From the NCBI RefSeq assembly GCF_009914755.1, contig NC_060925.1: 64,000 bases of DNA; one strand, written 5' to 3'. Source of the stretch: the human T2T-CHM13v2.0 reference genome, Homo sapiens. Positions 24,431-37,520 of this stretch are shown piece after piece. Positions within the stretch are counted from its first letter, which is position 1. Each line of letters opens with the position of its first letter. The position numbers and the translations under genes were made by a program. The notes beneath the pieces were generated by a model. That model had not been told where the DNA came from and searched no databases. It was given only the letters and a program-made list of their open reading frames with translations.

Positions 24431-25033
24431 CATTTCTTCTCAAACTTCAGTGTGAATAGAGATCAGCTGAGACTATTCTTAAGATGTCTGCCATGGCAAT
24501 ACACCTGGCAGCAGGTGCAATGTAAGTACGTCTTGCACAGTGCAGGCAGTTTCATGGACCAAGGACCCCAGGCGCTGTGCTCTGAAACACATCACTGCAT
24601 TTTCACTGAGGCCACAGATCCCTGGGGTGGCATGGTTAAAGGCAGACCAGTTCCTGAGAGACAGTCATTGACTTTGGCTGGAGGACTCAAAAAGGCCTTG
24701 CAGGAAATTCCTTAGACTGCACTGTAGTCAACAACACTTCCATCCCACCTTCCTTCCCTCTTTTTTTTCCTTCAGAGTCAGACTTGCAGCAATGACTGAT
24801 GTCTCTCCCAGCCTTTTCAGGATCTGTTTATATTTCCTCGGAATTGTCCCCCCCAGTAAAATCCTACATATTTAATCCTGTATTGGCATCTACTTCTTGT
24901 ACTAACACAACTACCTTACGCAAATGCAGATTTGGGTTCAATAGGTCTGGGGCAGCCTGAGATTCTGCATTTCTAACAGGCTTCAGGTGCTGTTGCTGTT
25001 GCTAGTATGTGGACCATAATTCAAGTTGCAAGA
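24431..25033. mobile_element. MER5-type hAT MITE split by an LTR
   Basis: ttctcaaacttcagtgtg..gatcagctg, resuming at aaatgcagatt..taggtctgggg..ctgcatttctaacag..ggacca. Confidence 0.7.
24485..24912 (+). mobile_element. LTR16-like (ERVL) LTR fragment
   Basis: ggctggaggactc..ccttagactgcactg..cagtaaaatcctacatatttaatcctgtattggcatctacttct. Confidence 0.6.
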
Positions 25034-25068
25034 CTCTAGACTCTTGAGTCCAAGCTCTTGAGCCCAGG

Positions 25069-25293
25069 GCAGAAGACAGCAGACTTTTTCTGTAAAAGGA
25101 CAGATAGTAGATAGTTTAGGCTTCTTGGGCCATGCAGTCTCTGTTGCAAAAAATTCAACTCTGTTGTTAGAATGTGCAAGCAGTCGTAGATGATATGTAA
25201 ACACATTTCTATGCCTGTGTTCCAATAAAACTTTATTCACAAAAAGAGGTGGCAGGCTAGATTTTTCTCATGAGCAGTAGTTTGCCAACTGCT
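25069..25293. mobile_element. MER58A, inverted relative to the copy at 24195
   Basis: tttttctgtaaaaggacagatagta..tgtgttccaataaaactttatt..gtagtttgccaac. Confidence 0.85.
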
Positions 25294-25486
25294 TTTTCCA
25301 CCATCCTTTTGTGCTTTGCTTTCTAGTTTCACGCTATGCAAAATAACTCCAACAGAGAGACTGTGGCACTATCAGTGGTGGGACATACCTTTTGTTCAAG
25401 TATAAACAGAACTTCCCAGATATTTCTTGCAGGAAACAAGTCATGCTAGTTTCTTGGTATGAGCATTCCAGGCAGAGTTTATATTT

Positions 25487-26170
25487 ATTTCTTTCCTTTT
25501 CTTTTTTTTTTTTTTTTTTTAGAAAAAAGCATACTGAGATGTAACTTATCTTAAAGTTCACGTGTTTAAAGTGTACAAATAACGTCTTTAGTATTCTTAC
25601 AGACTTATCTCAACCTATTATCTCAATTATCTCAATCAATTATCTCAATCTAATTTTAGAATATTTTAGTGGCACCCAAAAGAAATGCTGTACCCATTAG
25701 CCCTACCCACTTCCCTCCCCTCCTTTCCAAATCCACCATAGCCATAGCCATCAGCAACCTACTCTCTATCTCTATAGATTTGCCTATTCTGTGTTATTTC
25801 ATAAAAATGGAATGTATCATACAATGTATGATCTTTTGTGGCTGGCTTCTTTCACTTGAGGCTTATCCATGTTGCAGCATGTATTGGCACTTCATTCCTT
25901 TTTATTGTTAAGTAATATCCCATGCATATACTACATTTTGTGTATCCAGTCTTCAATTACTGGATATTTTGGTTGTTTCCACTTTTTGGCTGTTATGAAC
26001 ATTGTGCACAAGTGGATATTTTTCTATTTCTTTTGATTAGATACCTAGGAGTGGAATTTCTGGGTCATATGGTTGCTATATATTTAACATTTTGAGGCTC
26101 TACCAGACTACCAAAGTGGCTGCACAATTTAGTAATCCTCATGAATGCATGGAGGTTTGGTTTTATGCCT
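25487..26170 (-). mobile_element. L1MB-type 3'-end fragment with poly(T)
   Basis: T-run, then tttaaagtgtaca..gatttgcctattctg..atacctaggagtggaatt. Confidence 0.85.
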
Positions 26171-26193
26171 CTGACCCTCTAAAATGAAATGGG

Positions 26194-26478
26194 GGCTGGG
26201 CACAGTGGCTCACGCCTGTAAAACTAGCACTTTGGGAGGCTGAGGCAGGCAGATCGCTTGAGACCAGGAGTTCAAGACCAGCCTGGGAAATATGACGAAA
26301 CCCCATCTCTACAAAACATACAAAAATTAGCCGGGTGTAGTGGCATGCACCTGCGGTCCCAGCTACTCAGGAGGCTGAGGCGGGGGGATCACCTGAGCCT
26401 GGTGAGGTCGAGTCTGCAGTGAGCCATGACTGTGCCGCTGCACTCCAGCCTGGGGGACAGAATGAGAACCTGTCTCAA
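26194..26478 (+). mobile_element. AluJ
   Basis: Dimeric Alu with gatcgcttgag and gggatcacctgagcc J-type positions; TSD taaaat(g/a)aaatggg. Confidence 0.93.
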
Positions 26479-28319
26479 TAAAATAAAATGGGCTTCTGCG
26501 ACATCACTGGTGAGTATGGTTTGGCCACTGTTAGCATCTGAGAATACTTCAGTGGTCTTGGAGAAATCTGCCATTGTTGCACAATGAGGAGAGACATCTG
26601 GGCTCTGATGCTGACGCCTCTGAAATAGCAGGGAGTCCTTCCTAGTTGAAGTGGGTTCTCTCACCAAGCTCCCTCTTCTGGCTTCTTGAAGGTATCCTCA
26701 GATGGGCCTTTTCTTCCCTGAACCTTCACCTTTGGCCTGAAGTGTATTACTTGCTATTACCTGCAACCTGGCTGAACCCTCAGTGATAGGCATACAGGAA
26801 ACACTCAGGTGCTTAGAAGTCACAATGCATCAGATTCTGATGCAGCAGCACCTTCAGAAAGAAAAAGAGAAGAGAAACCGAGGGGAGAAGGGAAGATGAA
26901 GCTCACATAGCTCACATAGCTGTGAACTTTCTCCTAGATTCCAGCTCTATGTCTGGCCCCAGCTGGGTTCTTTGGCAGACCATTCAGGGTTTGGTGTCTG
27001 ACTCACAGGGTTAGATCTGGGCCTTTGGGGTCATCCAGTCGTTTGGGGTGCAGGTGGGGGAAGGAGAATCACTTCCAGGCAGTGGTGTAGAGGGGTTTTC
27101 TGTAAGAATGGCCTGTGATTATCCTATTCACCACACTCCAGCTTCAGTGCCTGGCACCTGTTACTGCCTTTCCTCTCCTCATTCCCCAATTTTCATTTAC
27201 TGTAAAAGATTCTCTTCCTGGTCCTTTGCATCTCAGGGAGACAATGCAGTGGATGAGGCTTTGACTGACCCAGGTGGCACCATTAGCTGCTCACCTCCCC
27301 ATCCTCTGGGAGCTGTGTGTTCTTTCTCAGACCACAGGAATGAGATGGAAACCCATGGAGACTCTGGTGTAGTTCTGGGGTGGAGCAAAGATTGTCAGGT
27401 TGGAAATATTCAGGAGTGACAGAGGCAGGGCTGGAAAGTAGGAATCACTTTTGGCAGCCCACATACATCCAACTATTCTCTTGTCACCAGCAATAATTTG
27501 TCCTTCCTCACCTCCTGCCTCCTCCTTTTTGCACTTCTTTCTTGTTTCTTTGGGCTGACCATGTGATTCACTCAGAATGTGTGTGCCAGGAGGTCTGACT
27601 CCTCTTTCCTCTTCCAATCTGTGCCTTGAGGAGGCCAAATAAACACTTTATTTGGTGTTTACTAACAGAAAGGCAACACCTTAGTTTGGCTCCTGAGCCT
27701 GTATACCCTGCACATCCATTAGCTTCAGTTCCTGATGTCATAAACAAGGACACAGATTCCATACTTTCGCTCTTGAGTACATGGAATTAACATTATTCTG
27801 GGGGCTCATCAGATTTGTTTCAGCTCACATCATACACCCCCTGGCCCTAGAACCTTCCAGAAAGCATATTTCTATGCTAAGTTTGTATCCAAAAAATAAC
27901 AGCATCGTTTCTTTCCCATGTTTACTACCTGTCTCAAAACAACCTTCCTTTTTGGATTTTTTAAAGAGAACATCCAGTAAAGAAAACTCAGTGGGCAAAC
28001 AAAAACATCCTAGTTCTCTTTATGAGTCAGAATTGAGTGGTGAAGAAAAGTGGTTCTGCCCAAATATAAAATGTGGAAACTGGAATCCAAAGTCTCAGAA
28101 CATTTGAAGTATTGCCATGGCAACTGGTTGGGCTATCAAGACGAGCAAGTATGGCTCATTTCTGCATTAGAAATCCAGTTACCTGATCAGAAGGAACGTT
28201 GCAGAGCCTATAAGTTAATCAGTTAGTGAGTCATCATTCAAGTGGTGACTCAGCATTTGCTAACTTTCCTACAAATAATTGCTCTACATTCTGGGAAGGT
28301 TATAAAAGTAGTTTAGTTT

Positions 28320-28920
28320 TATTTGTTCATTCAATATTTATTGAGCTTCTATTAAGTGAAATATCAAGCCTTTAACCACATGTTGGGGAATCAAGAACTA
28401 CTAAGGCAGGAGTTATGCCTGGAAGGTGCTCAGAATTTAGGCCTGTAAACTGTAAACAGATTATTAAATTTGTTTTAATAACAAATTATATGTGTATATG
28501 TAAACAGATTATTACAGCCTGGCTACTGAGAGTGACTGGTCCTGCCTGGATAAACCAAAAGGATTTCTTGAGGCTAGGAAAGGAGAGCTGGTAACCAGAG
28601 AAACAGAACAAGTACTGGGGAGTAGCAGAATTAGGGCAAAGAGAAAATGATAGTTTTCAAAGTGTCAAATGGCACAGGAGCACCAAATAAGATATCAGGC
28701 CTAAAGTAGGTGCATTGGATTTAGCAGTCAGGGAATCATGGATGACTTTAGGGAGAGCAGTTTCACACCTCAGTTGTGGGTGCATCCACATCACATTAAG
28801 TAGAGATATGAATGAGAGGTAAAGGAGTGAAGACAAGGATTGCACTCTATGCAGAAACTTGGCTGTGATGGAAGGGGCAGAGGAGATGTCAGAAGTAGAT
28901 ATGGGTTCAGAGAGATTTTA
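28320..28920 (-). mobile_element. L2 fragments
   Basis: ttcattcaatattttattgagc; cattggatttagca..ggatgactttagggagagcagtttca. Confidence 0.6.
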
Positions 28921-29084
28921 TTTTAAATTCAGAAAGATGCAAGACTCAAGGTCTTGTATTAAAGAACTGGTCATCTAAAGTAGGAGACAACATAAACACA
29001 GGAAAATGATGGTAGATAAAGTAACAGAAATATAAAGCATGCAAATGCACGCTCAATCACTCTAAAAAAATCTATTGCATAAAT

Positions 29085-29320
29085 TTTCCTTTGACAAGTG
29101 GTTCTGTAGCACTTACTCTGTGCCAAGCACTACTGTGGTCTGTTTACAAATATTAACTCACATGCTCCCAAGGACAACTCAAGGAAGAAGATGGAGAAAC
29201 CAGAGCACAGAGAGAAATAGGATACTGTCCAAGGTCACACAGCTGGTGCAGGCAGAGCCAAGATGTGAACCTGGACATTTGTCCTGAGAGTTCTTTTCCA
29301 CTGTGCTATGTTGTCACTAT
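29085..29320 (-). mobile_element. MIR
   Basis: cacttactctgtgccaagcac..gtccaaggtcacacagctggt..gcagagcca. Confidence 0.75.
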
Positions 29321-29439
29321 CTTTTATCTCAGGAGCAGTGAGGAGTGAAGAGCCCCAACCTTCCTCAACTGAACCCTTTATCCATCTCACATCCATTGCT
29401 TGTCCTGTTTTCTGTATCTCAGCAAAGGGCCAAGAACTC

Positions 29440-30560
29440 TAGGAGTTCCTGTCTCACATCACTGCCCCTCACTCTCCACATGACATGTAATGCCAGTAAT
29501 CAATCACCAAATCCTGTCTGGTTGGCCTCTTCAGTTTATTTGGCCCTGTTGTGTTCATCCCAATAACCAAACTAAAGCTAAGTTTCGGTCACAATAATTC
29601 TGACTGTCTCTAACCCGAGAGATCAATTTATTCTTCAGCTGTTTGATTGCAACCAAGAGGAGCATTTTCAAATACAAAGCAGCGCAAGTCACTTTCCTGC
29701 CTACAACCATCAGAAGACTCTGCTGCACCCTCAGGATAAAGTTCAGCTTCCTTAAGGTGTCATATGAGACCCTACTTACCTTTTCAATCTCATCACTGAC
29801 TCTACAATAGACACACACATACCCATGCATACTCATGTGTACACATGCATGCACATATATACAAGCACACTCACACAAACTTGCACATCCATATGTACAC
29901 ACGTGCACACATGTGCACAGATATACATACACACCCACCCACACACCCACACCTTCATATATGATACAATCATGCTCTCACACCATGCTCACATGCACTC
30001 ACGCATATACTTCCAGGCCAATTTCTAGCAACACCAAACCATTAGCAGTGCCACAGATACAGCACTCTCCCTGGCCTCTAGCCCCTGATGTCTGTCCTTT
30101 GTAATTTTTCTCCTAATATGAAACCACTCCCCGAAACCACATGCACCTGAATTGTTCTTATTTAACCCCCTAGATTTTTAGTGAATATGACATCTCTTTC
30201 AGGAACTCTTCCTTGGCCTCTCTAAAGACTGATTTAGGTTTGCTTATGTTTTCCTGATACCTTGTACTGTGCCTTATCAAGACACTAAGAGAAACCTACC
30301 GTAATTTCCATTTTACTTCTCATTAATTGAACACAAGCTCATTGAGCTCCTACTGTCTGCCAGGCACTGGACTGGGTGTTTGACGTTAAATAAGCAGACA
30401 TGGTTCCACTGCCCAGTCATTTCTATTCTAGGCTAGCTCCCACTGGGCTGTAAGCTGTCTGGGGTCAGAGGCTGCATCTGTTCCTTGCTGCCTTCCTAGC
30501 ACCTAGTGCTTTGTGAGTTAATAACAAATAACTAATTCAATATGTATTTGATAAGAAGAT
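29440..30560 (+). mobile_element. L2 fragments containing a degenerate (CA)n tract
   Basis: caatcaccaaatcctgtc..ctcaggataaagttcagcttcctta..cctagcacctag. Confidence 0.6.
29811..30010. repeat. Degenerate (CA/TA)n simple repeat
   Basis: About 200 nt of mostly alternating purine-pyrimidine; source of the His/Thr-rich pseudo-ORFs. Confidence 0.9.
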
Positions 30561-31437
30561 GAAGGATGAACTAATTCTATTTGGAAGTAGGCACATGAAA
30601 ACCTGGTAATCTTTAAGTTCTATTGATGTTGAAGATGACTAGGAAGTTTAAATTCCCCTCAGTAGTATCTAGAAGGAGGAGTTATCCTTACCTTCTACCT
30701 CAACTCCCCCTTCCTCATCCCCACAAATCTAGGTATACCTGACAAATGTAGACTAGGAATTTGTCTCCTAGAAAAACTGGATATAATTTACAACTTGGTT
30801 TAACTATGTTTATTTCTAAACTTTCAGAAATTATCTTTTCTATTTATTTGCTTCTTCTAGGTTGTCTTTTTCTCATTCTCATAGAACTTTCGTTTTGTGC
30901 ACATTATTCCCGTGGGCGGGAGGAAGAGGAGTGTATATGCCTAGAGAAAGGTAGATCTTGCTACCTGAAGACGAAGCCACTGGGGGCCAAGAAACTCTGC
31001 TTCCGTTCCAAGTCTCTCCAGCGTTTGCACCTTCTCCGGCCCTTTGAAAATCTGGAGTTTTAAAAACTCTCTTTTGGGGGGGTGAAATTCTTTTAACATC
31101 AAATGTGTTTATAGACAGTTCCTAGCTGAGTTTATTTATTAGCCATATGCTCACTCACTAATTCATTTATTCAGCTGATGCTTCTTGAGCACAAAGTAGG
31201 TATTCAATTACTATTTTTGAAATTAACTCCAACTTCATGCAGAATAATAGTAAACACTAACCACAGCAGAGCTCTATTTTAGACATTGTTTGTTTCAAGG
31301 CACATTAATAACTTGAAATAATTGCACAATAGAATATTCTTATAATCCTTATAATACAACCCATGGCATGGATCCTGAAGATAAAAGGGAACTTGGGCAA
31401 TGCTCCCTCCTGGGTGTGGCAGCCTTGCTGGGCCTTT

Positions 31438-31544
31438 GGACCACCTCCTTGTGCCCCCTCCTCTGCCATGGCTGGTCCCTGGCTGAGGTCAGGCAGGTGA
31501 CAGCCAGGTGCCATGGCAGAGGAGGGGGCACAAGGAGGTGGTCC
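31438..31544. repeat. Perfect 35-bp inverted repeat with 37-nt spacer
   Basis: GGACCACCTCCTTGTGCCCCCTCCTCTGCCATGGC (31438-31472) is the exact reverse complement of 31510-31544. Confidence 0.97.
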
Positions 31545-32084
31545 CAGCCCCTCTGGCTCTCTGCTTACAGCATTTCTGGGAACTTAGCAGCTATGTCCTC
31601 TACTGTGGTGTGCTGCCAAAAGCCAAGCACATTTGAGGAAGGCAGCTGTTCGTTTTGCCATTCCCCGCCCTTCTGTGAACATCTCCTCTCCTGACCCTGC
31701 CTCCCTACACTGCTGCTGTCCTCTCTTCCACACTGTTCTCCCTTCCTGAAAGTCCAAGCTGCTTAGCAGTGGAAGCCTTCAGATTGTCTGTAGGCTTCTG
31801 GGGGCTTCTGTGGATCTCCATCATCTGTGTGCCCCTCCAACACCCAGGGCAGGGCCTGCAGCAGTATGGGCAATGGCATTGAATGGACGCATGGAGGACA
31901 ATCTGGCTCCTCATACACACAGAACTTGATCTCTCCTGACTCTCCAGAATGAACCATGTTCCTTTCTCTTCTCTCCACATGACCCACCCATTACCTGCTC
32001 CTTAAGTTTGTGCAAGCCATCCATCCCCTCACCTTAATTGTCCTACCTCCACCTCCTCATCCATTTAAGTTCTTTCCCTCACTG

Positions 32085-32300
32085 TATTAGTTAGGAATGC
32101 AGAATCTGGAGTCTGAAGGTCTGGATTCAAGCCCTTTACTAGCTGTGGGAACTTGGCAAATTGAAGTCCCTCATCTGTAAAATGGAGGCAATGGTAATTT
32201 CTGTCTCAGAATTGTTGTGGTTAAATAAATTAATACAAACTATGTGTTGAGAGCCATGCCTGGAACATAAGGGCTTGGTTAATGCCTGTTGCTATTTCAC
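32085..32300 (+). mobile_element. MIR
   Basis: ctggagtctga..tactagctgtggg..cctcatctgtaaaatgg. Confidence 0.75.
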
Positions 32301-34999
32301 CCTTCTGTGAAGATGTGATGTCACAGAAGGGACCCAGGACTTGCTCCAAAGATGCTGCCATCCAAACTGGCCAGGTCTGGCTCATGTTCCTCAGTCCCAA
32401 GGCCTTCTTTACCCATTCTAGTCCATGCAAACTCTCCTCCTGAATGCTTGTTGCATGTATATCAATGTGATATAACTTAGCATGAAATTATTTGTAGTGA
32501 GATTTTGATTCCACAGATTCCACATAACCACTATTCTCAACTAACTCTAATATTTTAGTTATTCTGCTTCTTAGGAGATAGAGTTATGTGATTACAAGTT
32601 AAATTCAAAAGAAGAATCCAGTAGAAACAAAACCTGCCCATTAACTTATGGGTTCAGCCCAATCCTTTTTACCTTCTCTGGCCACATACTCAGGGTATGG
32701 GATAGTGAGAAGTGGTTAGAAGGCTGATGATCTTAAAGCCCTTCGAGATAAACCTCGAGATGAAGATTCTGGGCACGGACCGTCAGAGCATCACAGGCCA
32801 GGTGACAACCCAGCCCATCTCTGCTTCACAGATGGGGCAGTGAGACCCAGAGAGGGAAAGTTACTTTCCTGACATTACACAGGGGCAGACTGAGACCCCA
32901 ATCTAAGTACTTGGCTCCTAATTTGGTGTTATTTCCACTCTTCCAGGATGCCTCTGATTAATTTAAGCCTCTTACTGGAAAGCAGAAGAAAACATTTTAG
33001 AAGGAGTTTCAATAAGAAAATGTATGGCTTTAGTCCTTACTTAACCCGTGTCAATTCCTTAGATCACTTAGTTTCCTTGACCTTTCTCTTTCTCACTCAG
33101 GGGCCAAGCAGCCAAAGCTATTGCACAGCAGAGGTTGACCCAGAGGTCAGCTTTACACATCCTCTTTGAACACTGGGCTCTGAAGACTCACCTGGGTTCA
33201 ATTTGAGAACACACAGACTGTTTCCTCTAGTTTCCTCTCAGACTCTCAAACCAGTGAGGGAAAAAAGAGACTCTGAGCCTTTAGGTTCTGATTGGCATAG
33301 TATTTGGTTTTGTGTGGTCCCTGGGTTGCCTGACATCACCAACAAGTTGATTCTTAGAAAGCAGTCAGAGTCTCCTTGGGTTATTTGTGACCACATGGTA
33401 GAGACAAAAACAAAAAACAAAAAACATTCAGGTATTATTAAGTGAATATGAGTAGGATGTGTACATTGAAGCAATATAAGAAACACTGGACAAATACTAA
33501 TGCTGTGAAAGTCATACAATGTTTCACTTTAAGAAAACCTGACATGTGAACGTCTAACTTTAGCTGATGGATAAACTGAGAGGTCATGTTCATTGCAATA
33601 GGATTTTCTTCATGCTTGCTTTAAATAGTGTCTCCTATAATGTCCCTGGATCACTGAGAATATATTTAACACTATTTAAATACTTTCTAAGGGTAGTATT
33701 AATTCTATAAACTGTACCTGGTAACAGGAACCCCAAAGAAAATTTCTGAGAGGGATCTCAAAATTATTTATTTGACTGAGAAGAGAAACATCCGGGAAAT
33801 TGGTGTGGTGCTGCCAAAGAACCTTGAGAGAGATGGGGTGAGGGTGGAGAAGTGCTGAGGCATCCTGTTGTGGGTGCCACCAGGTCTCTGTGTCTCTTCC
33901 AGGACGACAGGTGCTGGTCACTAAGCTATCTTATCAAGGTTAAGGAATGTGGCCCACTTCACACCCCCTAAGGTGTATGACTTCTTGGCTTTTGCATGAG
34001 CTATCCTCTGCATTTGGGGATGTAGATCCTGTTGTGCTACTGGAATTCCAAGCACATGAATTCCTATTTTTGTTTAGGTGGAAGATCATCTTGATAGAAA
34101 GAGAAGCCTACAGGTAGCTCTCCACTTCTGTTGAGGAACAGCCTCTGACATCTCACATTCTAGATGCCCATTATGGAAACTGCAGCCGGTTAGCCATTGG
34201 ACATTGATGTGCCATTTATGGAATTCCATAGTCACAGGACCAGCAGAGAATATAGAATGCTCAGGAAATTTCACACTGGTTGTCCTTGAAGGTTATTAAA
34301 AATGATCGAAATGACACTCCAAAAAAATCACGTGTTTAAAATTACTCAGGAAGTTTCTCTTTCTCTCTCTCTGTCTCTCTCTCTGTTTTGGGGGTAATGA
34401 CAAGACATAGAAAATATATTACTTTTTCAACTAAATAATTTAGTTGCAGGAAAAATAATTTAAAGTCGCTGAAATGTACTGAGATAATGGATGGTATTGG
34501 AGCAAAGTAATGACTCTAGAGAAAATTGTCCAAGATGAGTGGGGAGTGACAAGTCTGGTTATGACTCTTGATTCTTCCTGATCCCTAGTAGGTAATATCA
34601 AAGCAGATGAAAAGCTGGCATGCTTTCAGAGGGGGGCACTGTGGGCAGAGCTGTGCTAGGTCAAGTCAGTAACTGTTCTCGTTGTGGAGAGTGACTGGTG
34701 TATGTATGTGTGTGTGTGTTGGGTGGGAAAGGGTAATAAATGGATTTTTTTTTTAATTAGGGGAAGTGGAATTTTTAGAGTGTCATGTGACGCATCATTG
34801 TTTGAGAGGATACCGTTGACATCTCTGCTAACTATCTCTTGTTGATTCAATCCATTAGTGAATTACTTATTTTTACCATAGGCAAGATGTTGGCCTTGAT
34901 ACAAATGAATGTGGAGAAGTACAAGGCAGGATTTGCCAGCTGTCAACTTATAATACAGTTGAAGATATAGGCCTATATATGTTAAAATGATAATAATAT

Positions 35000-35250
35000 T
35001 AGCCAGGAATAATAATATGGAATATTTATTATGTGCTGAGCATAATAAGTACTGTTTTACATGTGCGAATTAATTTTGTCTTCTCCAGGACCGTATAAAT
35101 TAATACTATTATTATCTCCATTTACTGGATGGGGAAAATGAGGTATTGAGGATTTCTCTATGTTGCTGGAGACTGTACAGCTATTAAGTTTGGTTTATCT
35201 AGTAATTGAGCTAGTTGATCTAGCTGGTGGCTCTAGCCCCACCATTTGAT
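35000..35250 (-). mobile_element. MIR
   Basis: tactattattatctccatttactggatggggaaaatgagg. Confidence 0.65.
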
Positions 35251-35507
35251 TTTTTACCTAGGATATTGTTTACCATTTTAAAAAAAATTTTCAATTGACT
35301 GCTGGGCAGCTCCCTTTGGCTATTTGTGGGTCTAGATCAAGGCTTAGAGAGTTTGGGAAGTTGAGAATGGGGCAGACTTGTCCTGGGAGATTCTCATGAG
35401 GCTCCTGAAGCTATTGGCTACTCTCTGGAAGGCACATGATAACTCCAGGTTGACTACCTAGGTAGCTTTTACTGATCCCTGTGGGTTACTTTTTCTGCAA
35501 GAAAATA

Positions 35508-35837
35508 CAGGGATGCTTTGCATAATGATGTGTTGGTTAACAAGACACCATGTGTACGATAGTGGCCACATAAGATTATAATACCATATTTTTACTGTAC
35601 CTTTTCTATGTTTAGGTATGTTTAGATACACAAATACCATTTGTTTTACAGTTGCCTACAGTATCCAGTACAGTCACATGCTTTACAGGTTTGTAGCCTA
35701 GAGGCAATAGGCTGTACCATATAGCCTCGGTATGTTCTAGGTTTGTGTAAGTGCACTCTATGATGTTCACACAATGACAAAATTGCCTAATGACACATTC
35801 TTCAGAACATATCCTGGTTGTTAAGCAGTATGTGACA
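35508..35837. mobile_element. Tigger3a-like TcMar element
   Basis: cataagattataataccatatttttactgtaccttttctatgtttag..caggtttgtagcctag..cactctatgatgttcacacaatgac. Confidence 0.85.
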
Positions 35838-36649
35838 CCCAGGCAGTAGGTGATGAGTGCCTAAAGCCATGTTTATTCTTGCTGGATGGCCAAGGAAGCT
35901 TCCTTAGGAAGGAGACCCCTGCTGCTCCAGATTTATCTGAGGTCAATGGCATGCTGGACCTGGTTCTTTGCAGCTGTGGGCTTCACAGTGACCCAAGCCC
36001 TTTGCTTTCTTGACTTTCCACAGTGTGCAAAATTCCTTTAATTAACCCCAAGCCCATGCAGAAATGGAAATGGTCAGTGGGCAAATATTTATCTACGTTT
36101 GTCCTCACATTGTCATTATTATTATAATTTTTTAATATAATCATTATAATTTTTAACAAATAAATCTGATTAGATCACCATCTGCCATGTCTTACCTCTG
36201 AAATCCTTCAGTGGCTCCTGATTTGTCACCCAGAGTGTAAAGTCAAATCTGGTTCACTCTTATTCAATGTCCTTTATGATCTACTCCAATGAACATATCT
36301 GGTTTTCATGCCAGTGCCCTGCATGCAGTGCGTGATTCACTCATGAATTTGTATATTCAACAAGTATTTATTAAATATGCAATATGTGCTAGGTTCTGTT
36401 CCAGGCACTGGAGATATGGCAGCAAACCAGGCAAAAATGCCCATAATTAATAACAGCTAACATTTTTGAGTTACTGTAGTTAGGCTTTATGTGTATTAAT
36501 GTATTTAATCTTCAAATGAGGTAGATATATCATTAGTTTTATTCTAGAGATGAGCAGACTCGGATAAGTGGTTTATTGTAGAAGTTTAAAAAATACTTTT
36601 CCTGTAAATCTGTACTTAGGAAATTAACACCTATTTATTATTTTATACC

Positions 36650-37170
36650 ATTTGGGTCAGAGCATACATATTGTCCCAGAACTTACTTTGTTTTCTAATA
36701 AGTAGGCTGTGAATATTTTCCTGTGTTCCTAAATATTCTTCTCAGGTGTGATTTTTTAATGGTAGGGTAGTATTCCATTGTTCAGATGGACTGTACTCTT
36801 TCTCTATTATAAATAATGCTGTCATGAACATCCATATTCATCCTTAGCTCTTGGATTGTTTCCTTAACAATGATTCCTAGAAGTGAAATTACAGGGCTGG
36901 AGCATGAGGCTGTTTTTGGCAAATGGTTGCTAAATGGTTTTCTGGAATGGTTTACTAACTTTCTCTCACTCCAGCAGTGCATGAGTGTGCCCTTTTCCCC
37001 AGTGTTGCCAAATCTAGAGACTGTTATTGTTCTTACTCTTTGCCAACTTAAAGGACAAGAGTTTTAATCTTGACTTCATTTGCGTTTTCTTGAGACTAAA
37101 GACTGAAAATTTGTATTTCTTTTTTGAGTTACCCCATCAGTGTCTTTCCACCCTTTACTTTTTTTTCTAT
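36650..37170 (-). mobile_element. Old L1ME fragment
   Basis: gattcctagaagtgaaatt..ctcactccagcagtgcatgagtgtgcc. Confidence 0.7.
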
Positions 37171-37254
37171 TGCTGTCACCCAATGTTACTGTGCAGGTGA
37201 TATGTAAGTAGAGAGAAGTGTCCCAAATGGTCACTAGGGAAACACGTCAATGGG

Positions 37255-37284
37255 GTGTGTGTGTGTGTGTGTGTTTGTGTGTGT
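37255..37284. repeat. (GT)n microsatellite
   Basis: Direct reading, one interruption. Confidence 0.9.
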
Positions 37285-37520
37285 CTGTCATAAGTGAGGT
37301 GAAGGTAGGAGTGGAGACTAACCTGAGTATGTTGATTGTATTGAGCCACTAGATAAGTCTCTGTCCATTACTCACTGCTAACAAAGGCCCATCCTCAGGA
37401 AACAGATTGTGGTCTGCCCTGATTTGGAGTCCTGCTCCTCAGTGTATGGTTTGAGATTCAGCAGCATCAGTTTCTCCTGATAGTCTATTGGAATGCAGAA
37501 TTTCAGGTGCCGTTTGAGAC

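Noticed and set aside
29555-30104. His/Thr-rich and Val/Cys-rich ORFs
   Set aside because: Translations of a degenerate (CA)n repeat.
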